Positions 1-11,251 of a stretch of DNA of 64,000 bases are shown here, one piece after another. The stretch covers positions 124,001 through 188,000 of the forward strand of contig NW_026948142.1 of assembly GCF_963921235.1 (NCBI RefSeq), written 5' to 3'. The notes beneath the pieces were generated by a model, which saw only the letters and a list, made by a program, of their open reading frames with translations, searched no databases and was not told where the DNA came from. Position 1 is the stretch's first letter. Every line of letters starts with the position of its first letter. A program made the position numbers and the translations under genes. This DNA is from Mobula hypostoma. Lineage: Eukaryota.

Positions 1-69
1 TTCGGTATGGACTAGAAGGGCCGAGATAGCCTGTTTCCGTGCTGTAATTGTTATATGGTTATACGGTTA

Positions 70-1550
70 TAATTTGGTTGAAGTTTTGTAGATTATTTGA
101 GTTTAATAATTTAATTCTTTCTAGTAATATCTATCTTAATTATTTTTAAACCATCAATTTTGGATAAGGCCTTTTAAATTTGGAAAACCAAGGGAATAAT
201 AACTTTTTCAGATTTGTTTTAGGGGACCGTTTAATGTCTTTTTCTCAGTTAGCGGATAAATATGATTTATCAAATGTATACTTTTTTAGATATTTACCAA
301 TTAGGAATTTTTTACATGGTTTGTTGCCAAATTACCCTTCTGCTTTTCCACCTAATATGATAGATGTTCTATTTCAGTTTAAACCATTTCAAAAAGGGTT
401 GATAGCTATAATCTATAAACGGATATTGAGTTTACGAATTATTTCTAATGACAAAGTTAAAGGCGCTTGGGAATTGGAACTTCAAAAGTCATTTTCAGAT
501 AATCAATGGAGTAAAATCTTTCATTTGATTAACAACTCATCTATTTGTGCCCATCATTCCTTGATACAGTTTAAGGTAGTGCACCAGGCCCATATGTCAA
601 AGGATAAACTAGCACCTATTTTCTCCAATATTAATCCTATTTGTGACAGATGTAATACTGAGTTGCCCAGTTTAACTCATCTGTATTGGTCTTCTGTAAA
701 GCTAGTTAACTTTGGGAGATGTTTTTAAAACGCTATCAAGAGTTTTGAATCTGGACCTACAACCTCACTTGCTTATGGCAATTTTTGAGATTATCCCTTC
801 GGAAGCAGGAAATATTCCTGTTTCAACTCAACGTATGACAGCCTTTTCGACCTTACTGGCTGGGAGAGCCATTTTACTGAAGTGGAAGGATTCTAATCCA
901 CCTACGGTCTTTAACTGGCTCTCCTCCATCATCTCCTGTTTATGTTTAGAGAAAATAAGAAGTTGGACATTTGATGCATCCTTTAAATTTGAACAAATAT
1001 GGTGACCTTTTTGCAATATTTTCATTTAATTTGATTTATTGTGCTTTCAAGTTCTTTTCTCGAGGTTTTAGATTTGATCAGAAAGTTTTTCTCTCCTCTT
1101 TTTTCGATTGTATCCTCAAAATGGACTGCCCAGTCCCTTCTGTTTTGTTTGTTCTGTTTTTTTTAATAGTGTAGTGGGGTTTTTTCTCTCTCTATTTAAA
1201 ACCCAATTTTTTTTTTCCTTTCTCCTTTTAATTGGTAAGAGGAGAATTGTTATGTGAGGGGTTTCTTATTTTTATGTCACAGCGCAGTCTAATTAAAATG
1301 GCTTCTTTGTTATGTTATAATTAATTGTCCCTAGACGACAGCGAGCCGAGCGACCCTGAGGCTGGCCAGGGGGGATACAGTTATTTTCTTTTTTTTATTA
1401 TATATTTTATACTAGTTTAACAACATCTATGATTTTGACAGTGTCTATTTTAATCTTGATTACTGATATATATATTTGAACTAATTCTCCTCTTGATTGT
1501 AGCTATGGTTTTTTAAATCAATAGAAAGATTAATAAAGAAAGAAAGGAAA
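70..1550 (+). mobile_element. L1 LINE, 3' fragment (ORF2 C-terminus, 3' UTR, A-rich tail)
   Basis: ORFs 180-1005 include SLIQFKVVH...CDRC...HLYW (zf-RVT region); (AAAG)n tail at about 1533-1550. Same family as 30419-34770. Confidence 0.85.
1253..1379. mobile_element. 127-bp miniature (internally deleted) LTR
   Basis: TG...CA ends and 4-bp TSD GTTA (1249-1252, 1380-1383). Both halves match the ends of the 4279-4975 element. Confidence 0.8.
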
Positions 1551-3755
1551 GGCAGATGAGCTCAGGGCATGAATCAACACCCTGATTTATGATATTGTAG
1601 CCATCAGTGAGACTTAGTTACAGGAGGGGCAGGAATAACAGGTCAATATTTCCGGGTTCCATTGCTTTAGATGCAACAATGGGAGGGCTTAAGGAGGAGG
1701 GGTGAGTGGGTTCCTCGTCAGGGAAAAGATCACTGCAGTGCTCAGTCAGGACAGACTGGAGAGCTCATCTAGTGAGGCTTTATGGGTGGAACTGAGAAGT
1801 AAGGAAGGATATGACCATGTTAAAATGGCTATATTATAGACTGGAGACAGTTGAGTTCTGGGCTGGACATCTTGCTCACTTAATGAAGGCAAAGCATCTT
1901 TCATAGCCTCACCTTTCCAGATGTCGTGATGGCCACAGGACCATTGTTTGGCTTGCCGTGCAGGTGGTCACTTGCATATGGCGTCTCCGATGCTGCTGTG
2001 CCCATAGCAACACCTTCCATGGCGTCTCTCTTCTTAACGAGCTTGTTCTGTCATGGCGTGACTGAGTGTCCAGTGGAATAACTGGGCAAGCAGTCTGAGT
2101 TCATCAGGACAACTCCGATTCCAAACCTGGGTAGATGGGATTTGTTGGCCGTGCCAGGCAGTCTCTCGGAGAAGGAAAACTCCGATACTCGACCTACAGC
2201 CTTGCAGTCGCCGCAGCTCACTGTGCCATTGGGGAATGTCCCCTGGCCTAAAGAGTGGAATCGGTCCGTGCACACCAATCGCCACTATAAACCTATGCAG
2301 CGCAGGCAGGAAGAAAAGTCCTATAGCGATGGAGTTCCCTCCTGATCTTCACAAATAAAGAACCGGCCATAATCATCATCATCGTTGCAGACCGCTCAGC
2401 AGCCCACATAATTTAGAAGAATAGATGTCTACAAGGTCACAAACTGCTGCCTGTCAGAATAAAAGGTAAAGATAACAGGGAACCTTGGGTTTCAAGACAT
2501 ATGGAGACCCTTTTTAAGAGAAAAAAATGTGTATAGCAGATATAGGAAAGTAGGAACAAATGAGGTGCTTAGGGAGTATAAGAAATGCAAGAGAACACTT
2601 AAGGAAGAAACCAGGAGGGCTAAAATAAAGCATGAGGTTGCCCCAGCGTACAAGGTGAAAAACAATCCGACAGGATTCTGCAGGTATGTTAAGAGCAAAA
2701 GGATTGCAAGAGACAAAACTGGTCCTCTGGAAGAGCAGAATGGTACTCTATGCATGGAGTCTGAACACTTGGGGGAGATCTTAAATGGATTATTTGCATC
2801 TGTATTTATTTTAGAAATGGACACAGAGTCTATAGAAGTGAGGCAAAGCAGCAGCGAGGCTATGGACCTAATACAAATTACAGAGGAGGATATGTTTGCT
2901 GTCTTCTGGCAAATTAAGGTGGATAAATCTCCAGTGCTTGACAAGGTGTTCCCATGGACCCAGGGGGAGCCTGGTACAGAAATTGTAGGGGCCCGAGCAG
3001 AGATATTGAAATCATCCTTCACAACAGGTGAGGTACCAGAAGGTTTAAGGATAGCCAATCTTGTTCCACTGACTCGATCAGCCAAATGACCTAATTCTAA
3101 TCCCGAATCTTTTGGTCTTATGTTTAAGAAAGTTTCTAAACACATACCAGGAAAATAAAGGCTGGTGAGCCTAGCATCAGTGGTGGGAAAGTTCTTGGAA
3201 GGTATTCTAAGCGACCGGATATATGAGTATTTGGATAGACAGGGAATGATTAGGAATAGTCAGCATGGTTTTGTGCATGGTAAGTCATGTCTAATTAATC
3301 CTAAAGCTTTTCGAGGAAGTTACCAGGAAAGTGGATAAAGACATGGCAGTGGATGTTGTCTATATGGACATTAGTAAAGCATTTGACAAGGTCCTACATA
3401 GGAGACTGGTCAAGAAGATCCAGTCGCTCAGCATTCAAGTTGAGGTAGTAAATTGGATTCAACAATGGTTTTGAGGGAGAAGCTGGAGACTGGTTGCCTC
3501 CACATACCAACACACAACAATGTCAGGAGTAAGTTTTTTATGCAGATAGTGGTGAGTGTGTGGAATGGGCTGCCGGTAACGGTGGTGGAGGTGGATACAA
3601 TAGGGTCTTTAAGAGACCCCTGGATAGGTACATGGAGCTTAGAAAAATAGAGGGCGATGGGTAACCCTAGGTAATTTCTAAAGTAAGTACATGTTCAGCA
3701 GAGCATTGTGGGCCAAAGGGCCTGTATTGTGCTGTAGGTTTTCTATGTTTCTATG
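1551..3755 (+). mobile_element. CR1 LINE fragments (endonuclease/RT remnants and a 3' end)
   Basis: ORF 2529-3089 (KVDKSP, FASVF); (TTCTATGT)n-type tail near 3740-3755. Confidence 0.8.
1841..2390 (+). mobile_element. Non-coding RTE-related short element inserted in CR1
   Basis: Interrupts a CR1 endonuclease sequence. Contains GGCAGTCTCTCGGAGAAGGAAAACTCCGAT, which I recall as resembling RTE 5' UTR motifs; (ATC)n tail at about 2372-2383. Confidence 0.5.
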
Positions 3756-4278
3756 TATGATAACCTTTTCATTCCTGGAATCATCCTTGTGAACCTCCTC
3801 TGGAACCTCTCCAATGCCAGCACATCTTTTCTAAAATGAGGGGCCCAAAACTGTACACAATACTCACCAGTGCCTTATAAAGCCTTAGCATCACATCCCT
3901 GCTCTTGTATTCTACACCTCTTGAAATGAATGCTAACATTGCATTTGCCTTCCTCACCACTGACTCAACCTGCAATTTAAACTTCAGGGTGTTCTGCACA
4001 AGGACTCCCAAGTCCCTCTGCATCTCTGATTCCTGGATTTTCTCCCCACTTAGAAAATAGTCTGCACATTTAATTCTACTACCAAAGTGCGTGACCATGC
4101 AATGCAATGTTATATTTCATTTGCCACTTCCTTGCCCATTCTCCTAATCTGTCTAAGTCCTTCTGTATCCTACCTATTTTGTCAACACTACCTGCCCCTC
4201 CATAAATCTTCATATCATCTGCAAACTTGGCAAAAAAGCCATCTATTTCATCATCTAAATCATTTATATAGAGACCAC

Positions 4279-4975
4279 TGTAAGGGGTTTCTTCTTTTAT
4301 GTTACTGCGTAGGCTAATTAAAATGGCTTCTTGTTATCTTAACTGCTGAGAAAGTCCTCCCGCTAGCAGTTTGCTTGGATTATGTTATTGATAAGAGAGC
4401 GAATGAACCAATTGGGATAGATGTTATTCTTTCTCGTGTGTCTGTAAGTTATTGTGATGCGCAGGTTTTGGGGCAGAAGGCGCGAGAGAGAGAGATAGAG
4501 AGGATGGACAAGGTGCTGTGTGTCGGCTAACGGGGTCGGACCCCGAGCAGGAGTCCGAGGTCCAGGGTGTTCGGCGAGGAGAAGAGACAGAGACGGACTC
4601 GTGTGGAGCATCTGGTCAACCACCATTGTTGGTTCCAGGCAGCAGGTCGAGGTGCTCCGAGGAGATTGCAGGGTGAAGAAGGAAGGTCCTGAGCTCCAAC
4701 TGTTTGTGCACAGAGATTGGACTTTGATAAGTGTGGTGCCTTTTACCTTCCTTTTATGTAACTTAATTAATATCTCTATTAATTATATAGTTCCAGTAAT
4801 ATCTATAAACTGTAATTCATTTAATCGTATCTGGTGTATTGTCTGTTATTTGGCGGGGTGGGGTACATTGCACAATATCCACACAAACTAATTACCCAGT
4901 TTGGCGGGGCCAAGGGCTGTTTCCCTAGATGACAGTGAGCTGAGCAACCTTGAGGCTTGCCAGGGGAGCTATACC
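4279..4975. mobile_element. Solo LTR (about 700 bp)
   Basis: Starts with TGTAAGG, interrupts CR1, and its ends are homologous to the TG...CA mini-element at 1253-1379. The right end and TSD are degraded. Confidence 0.7.
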
Positions 4976-6601
4976 AGAAAATGAAGTGGTCCCAACACTG
5001 ACCCCTGCTGAACACCACTAGTCACTGGCAACCAACCAGACAAGGATCCTCTTATTCCCACTCGCTGCCTCCTACCAATCAGCCAGTGCTCTAATTATGT
5101 TAATAACTTTACTGTAACACCACGGGCTCTTAACTTAGTAAGCAGCCACATGTGTGGCACCTTGTCAAAGGCCTTCTGAAAGACCAAATATACAACATCC
5201 ACTACATCCCTACTCTATCCTACTTGTAATCTCCACAAAGAATTCCAACAGATTCGCCAGGCAGGATTTTCCCTAAAGGAAACATGCTGACTTTGTCCTA
5301 TCTTGTCCTGCGTCACCAAGTACTCGATCACCTCATCCTTCACAATTGACTCTAACATCTTCCCAACCACTGAGGTCAGGCTAACTGGTCTATAATTTCC
5401 TTTCTGCTGCTTTCCTCCTTTCTTAAAGAGTGGAGTGACATTTGCAATTTTCCATTCCTCTGGGACCATGCCACAGTCAAATGATTTTTGAAATATTATT
5501 TCTAATGCCACCACAATCTCCAATGCTGCCTCTTTCAGAACCCTAGGGTGAAGTTCATCTGGTCCAGGTGACTTGTGTACTCTTAGGTATTTCACCTTTT
5601 TGAGGACCTTCTCCGTTGTAACGGTAACTGCACCCACTTCTCTTCCTCCACACACTACATCTGGCATACTGCTAGTGTCTTCCACAGAGAAGACTGATAC
5701 AAAATATTCATTTAGTTCATCTGCCATCTCCTTGTCCCCCATTATTATTTCTCCAGCCTCATTTTCTAGCGGTCCTATATCCACTCTCATCTGTCTTTTA
5801 TTTTTTACATACTTGAAAAAGCTTTTACTATCCACTTCGATCCTGTTTGTTAGTTTGCTTTCATATTTCATCTTCTGCCTTCTAGTGATTCTTTCAGTTG
5901 CTCTCTGTAGGTTTTTAAAAACTTCCCAATCCTCCATCATCCCACTAATTTTTACTTTGTTATATGTCCACTCTTTTGCTTTTACATTAGCTTTGACTTC
6001 CCTTGTCAGCTATGGTTGTACTATTTAACATTTGAGTATTTCTTCATTTTTGGAATAGACATGTCCTGCACCTTCCTCATTTTTCCCAGAAACTCACGCC
6101 ATTGCTGCTCTGCTGACATCCCTGCCAGTATCTCCTTCCAATTTACTTTGACCAACTCCTCTCTCACACCTCTGCAATTTCCCTTATTCCACTGAAATAC
6201 TGCTATGTCAGACTTTACTTTCTCCCTATTGCAAGTTGAACTCGATCATATTGTGATCGGTGGTTCCCAAATGTTCTTTTACCTTAAGCTCCCTAGTCAC
6301 CTCCGGTTCACTCCATAATACCCATTCCAGTATAGCTGATCCCAGAGTAGGCTCAAAGACAAACTGCTTTAAAAAGCCATCTCTTAGGCATTCAACAAAC
6401 TCACTCTCTTGAGATCCATTATCAACCTGATTTTTCCAATCAACCTGCATGTTAAAATCTCCCATGACTACTATATCATAGCCCTTTTGACACGCCTTTT
6501 CTATTTCCTGTTGTAACCTGTGGTCCACCTCCCAGCCACTGTTGGGAGGCTTGTTTATAACTGCCATCAACATCCTTTTACCCTTGCAGTTTCTTAACTC
6601 A

Positions 6602-6826
6602 CATGGCCAAGTGGTTAAGGCATTTGTCTAGTGATCTGAAGGTCGCTAGTTCGAGCCTCAGCTGTGGCAGCATGTTTGTGTCCCTGAGCAAGGTGTTTAA
6701 CCACACAATACTCTAGTGTCTGTGCGAGGAGTGGTGCCCCACACAGACTTCCAATCTGCCTTGTAAGGCATGAAAATGCCCAACGCAGGCCTCTCAAGGT
6801 CTGAGTTGACGTTCTCTCCCTCCCCC
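6602..6826 (+). mobile_element. tRNA-derived SINE
   Basis: A box TGGCCAAGTGG and B box GTTCGAGCC; 11-bp TSD TTCTTAACTCA (6591-6601, 6827-6837). Confidence 0.85.
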
Positions 6827-7175
6827 TTCTTAACTCAACCCACAAGGATTCAACATCTTCCAATCCTATGTCATATCTTTCTACTGATTTGATGCCATTC
6901 TTTACCAGTAGAACCACGCCTTCCCCTCTGCCTACCTTCCTGTCCCTCCAATACAACGCGTAACCTTGGATGTTCATCTCCCAACTACAACCATCCTTCA
7001 GCCACAATTCAGTGATGGCCACAACATCATACCTGGCGACCTGTAATAGTGCAACAAGATCATCCACTTTATTTCTTATATTCCGCATATTGAGGTACAA
7101 CACCTTGAGTACCGTATTTGTTATCCTTTCTGATTCTGCATCCCTAATGTACTGATACTCACCCTGTTGGCTGTG

Positions 7176-7740
7176 ACTATGGATTAGGAATAGTAACAGT
7201 AAAAAAATTAATGGTGGGAGTTGGCTTTTGGCCACCGAATAATAACATTACAGTGGCACAGGCAATAAACAGAGAAATATCTGAGGCACGTAAGAATGGA
7301 ACAGCAGTTAGATGCACATCGATTGGGTGAACCAAGTTGGTTGAGGCAGTCTTGAGGAGGACTTCATTGAATGCATCCGTGATGGCTTTCTTAAACAGCA
7401 TGTCACTGAACCTACGAGAGAACATGTGATCTTAGATCTGGTCCTGTGCAATGAGGCAGGTAAAATTAGTGACCCTCTTGGAAAATGTGATCATAGTATG
7501 ATTGAATTTCTCACACAAATGGAGGATGCGATAGTTCAATCTAAAACCAGTGTATTATGCCTAAACAATGGAGACTACAATGGGATGAGGGAGGATTTGG
7601 CTAGTGTAGACTGGTAACACAGGCTATATGGTGGGACAGTTGAGGAGCAGTGGAAGACCTTCAAAGAGATTTTTCACCGTGCTCAACAAAAGTTGAAAGC
7701 ATAGACGGTAAGGGTGTGGAGAGCCAGCCTTCGATAACTA
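7176..7740 (+). mobile_element. CR1 endonuclease fragment
   Basis: ORF 7426-7617 ILDLVLCNE...DHSMIEF. Confidence 0.75.
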
Positions 7741-9535
7741 TCTCCTCTGCACCCTTTCTATGGTTTCCATATCCTTCCTGCATTGAGGCGACCAGAAATG
7801 AACACAGTACTCCAAGTGGGGTCTGACCAGGGTCCTATATAGCTGCAACATTACCTCTCAGCTCCTAAACTCAATCTCACAATTGATGAAGGCCAATGTA
7901 CTGAGTGCTTTCTTAACCACAGAGTCAACTAGCGTTGAGCTTTGAGTGTCCTATGGACTCGGACCCCAAGATCCCTCTGATCCTCCACGGTGCCAAAGGT
8001 CTTACCATATAGAGTACTATATTCTGCCATCATATTTGACCTACCAGAATGAACCACCTCACACTTATCTGGGTTGAACTCCATCTCAAACCAGTTTTGC
8101 ATCCTATCAATGTCCCGCTGTAACCTCTGACAGCCCTCCACACTATCCACAACACCCCCAACCTTTGTATCATCAGCAAATTTACTAACCCACCCCTCCA
8201 CTTCCTCAGCTAGGTCACTTATAAAAATTACTAAGAGTAGGGGTCCCAGAACAGATCCCTGAAGCATACCAATGGTCACTGACTTCCATGCAGAATATGA
8301 CCTGTCTACAACCACTCTTTGTCTTCTGTAGGCAAGCCAATTCTGGATCCACAAAGCAAGATCTCCTTCAATCCCATGCCTTCTTACTTTCTCAATAACC
8401 CTTGCATGGGGTACCTTGTCAAATGCCTTGCTGAAATCCATATATGTTATATCTACTGCTCTATCTTCATCAATGTGTTTAGTCACATCCTCAAAAAATG
8501 CAGTCAGGCTCGTAAGGCATGACTTGCCTTTGGCAAAGCCATGCTGACAATTCCTAATCATATTATGCCTCTACAAATGTTCATAAATCCTGCCTCTCAG
8601 GATCTTCTCCATCAACTTACCAACCAATGAAGCAAAACTCACTCATCTATAATTTTCTGGGCTATCTCTGCTCCCTTTCTTGAATAAGGGAACAACATCC
8701 GCAACCCTCCAATCCTCCGGAACCTCTCCCGTCCCCATTGATGATGCAAAGATCATCGCCAGAGGCTCAACAATCTCCTCCCTCGCCTCCCACAGTAGCC
8801 TGGGGTATATCTCATCCGGTCCCAGCGACTTATCCAACTTGATGCTTTCCAAAAGCTCTAGCACATTCTCTTTCTTAATATCTACATGCTCAAGCTTTTC
8901 AGTCTGCTGCAAGTCATCACTACAATCACCAAGATCCTTTTCCACAGTGAATACTGAAGCAAAGTACTCATTAAGTACCACACATAAAAGTTGCTGGTGA
9001 ACGCAGCAGGCCAGGCAGCATCTCTAGGAAGAGGTGCAGTCGACGTTTCAGGCCGAGACCCTTCGTCAGGCCTGACGAAGGGTCTCGGCCTGAAACGTAG
9101 ACTGCACCTCTTCCTAGAGATGCTGCCTGGCCAGCTGCGTTCACCAGCAACTTTTATGTGTGTTGCTTGAATTTCCAGCATCTGCAGAATTCCTGTTGTT
9201 TGTTGTTTACTCATTAAGTACCTCTGCTATCTCCTCCAGTTCCATACACACTTTTCCACTGTCACACTTGATTGGTCCTATTCTCTCACATTTTACCCTC
9301 TTGCTCTTCACATACTTGTAGAATGCCTTGGGGCTTTTCTTAATCCAACTTGATGCTTTCCAAAAGCTCCAGCACATCCTCTTCCTTAATATCTACATGC
9401 TCAAGCTTTTCAGTCCATTGTATGTCATCCCTACAATCACCAAGATCCTTTTCCATAGTGAATACTGAAGCAAAGTTTACACTGTCACACTTAATCCTGT
9501 CTGCCAAAACCTTCTTGTGGCCTCTTCTGGCTCTC
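7741..9535 (-). mobile_element. CR1 LINE RT region (5' part continues at 16609-17710)
   Basis: ORFs contain [21 protein letters not shown]. Colinear with the copy at 42063-46225. Confidence 0.85.
8979..9207. mobile_element. Penelope-type short repeat forming a 92-bp-arm palindrome, with a minimal hammerhead motif on each strand
   Basis: Inverted arms 8979-9070 and 9071-9162; 15-bp TSD TACTCATTAAGTACC (8965-8979, 9208-9222); CTGACGA...GAAAC-GTA at 9072-9099. Confidence 0.8.
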
Positions 9536-11251
9536 CCGGATGGCACCCAGCTACAGTTCTTCGCCGACTACAGCCCCGGCACGATGCAGGAATGGCAGGG
9601 ATACAAGGAAATCAGCGCTAAGCTTCGACAGAAGGGGATCGACTCGTTCCTCATATACCCGGCGATTTTGAGAGTGAATATCAAGGGCATGAAGATGTCG
9701 TTTAACTCAGCAGAGGAAGCGAAAGAAGCTCTGAAATCATCGGTGCTGGGAGATATGGAAGAAGACCCTGGGCAAAGTCCACACGCCCCTTAGGAGGAGA
9801 TGGAACCGCATTAAGAGCTCGGACCAACCTTTATGTGCAATCTAACAGGCACGGGCAAGTTAGCGTCCTAGGTGTGAAGTTTTCTGGTTATTCTTTTGTT
9901 GGAAAGTCATTTGCTGCACTTTTGCATTTAGTTAATTAAGGGGCCAATTTGTCTCTGAGCATTGCAGGTCAGAGTTTTAAGGTAATGGCTCAGTTAACTT
10001 GTTAGTACAAGGATAACATGGTAAGGTGATATAAGTCCACCTAGATTAATACTTTTTATCTTTTACTTTCTAAGGTGATATTCAATATACCCAGATATCA
10101 TACTTCATCAAGAATGAAGCTGAAAAACAGCAGTTAGTTCTGAATAACCTTAGAACGTTATGTCTCCAGTAGACTTGTTTACGTTCCTGGTCACCAGATA
10201 AGACGTCACTGGCGCCAACGCTAAGCGACAGTCTATTAAGGCAACAGTTTCTCGCAAGAGAACTGTTGGGGTCTTAATTATGTGTTATACTATATTTGAG
10301 ATGGATATGGTTTTAATTATATAGGTTAACGGGTTTGTCAAGGTTTTTTTTTCTTGTCTCTTTGATATGATTGTCTATGAGAACTGCTTTGCCTTTCTAA
10401 TGTGTTGGTGCAAGAGGTGGGGGCGGTTGATGTTAATATTCAGTGTCTGACATTGCTAAGTGACACTCACAGATGTTATGAAGTAAAGGGTTGAATGGGG
10501 GGGGGGGTGGGAAGGGGGTAGCTCAGGGCTCCACCACCAACTTACAACAACAGATCCAGGGGAAGATGAGCAACACAGATAAATTAGAAAATCTTACTAT
10601 TGTATCATTTAATGTTAGAGGATTAAACTCTCCCTACAAGCATTCAAAGGTTTTAGATTTTTTACGCAGAAAGAAAATAGATATCACAGTGTTACAGTAA
10701 ACACATCTTAAACCTAATGACATTCCCAGAGTTCAAAACCGCTTTTATAAACCTGTTGCAGCATCAGCTGATGGTACTCGTACGAAAGAGTTATAATATT
10801 AATGAGACGTAGTATTAATGTATCAATTGAAAGGACTGGCGCCGAAAGTGAAGGACGTCTAGCTTTTTGCTGCACATCCATGCAGGGTAAAAGAGTTGCA
10901 TTCATTAGCCTATATGCCCCAACTATATTCGAGGTTGAATTTTTTCCCTCAATTACCTCACAATTACTGAAGTTAAGTGACTACCAACTATATGTTGGTT
11001 CAGACATGAATGCTTTGGTAAACATTAACCTCGATAAATCTTCCTCAACTATATCAAGCTCTCAAGAATCTGCTTCCAAAGCACTTAAGCTTTTTCTAAC
11101 ATATTTAAATTTAACTGATGTGTGGAGGGTGCATAATCCATCTGCTAAAGACTACACCTTCTTCTCCACAAGACAAAACTTTCTCTCGGATAGATTACAT
11201 TCTTATATCCTCCAGTCCGCTGCCTTTGGTACGTACAATAAAATTTTTGTC

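Larger units (their letters stand above)
3757..7175 (-). mobile_element. CR1 LINE (decayed ORF2), interrupted by a solo LTR and a tRNA-SINE
   Basis: Minus-strand ORFs contain [28 protein letters not shown]. Confidence 0.85.

Noticed and set aside
6602..6670. tRNA gene
   Set aside because: It is the head of a SINE with a body, tail and 11-bp TSD.
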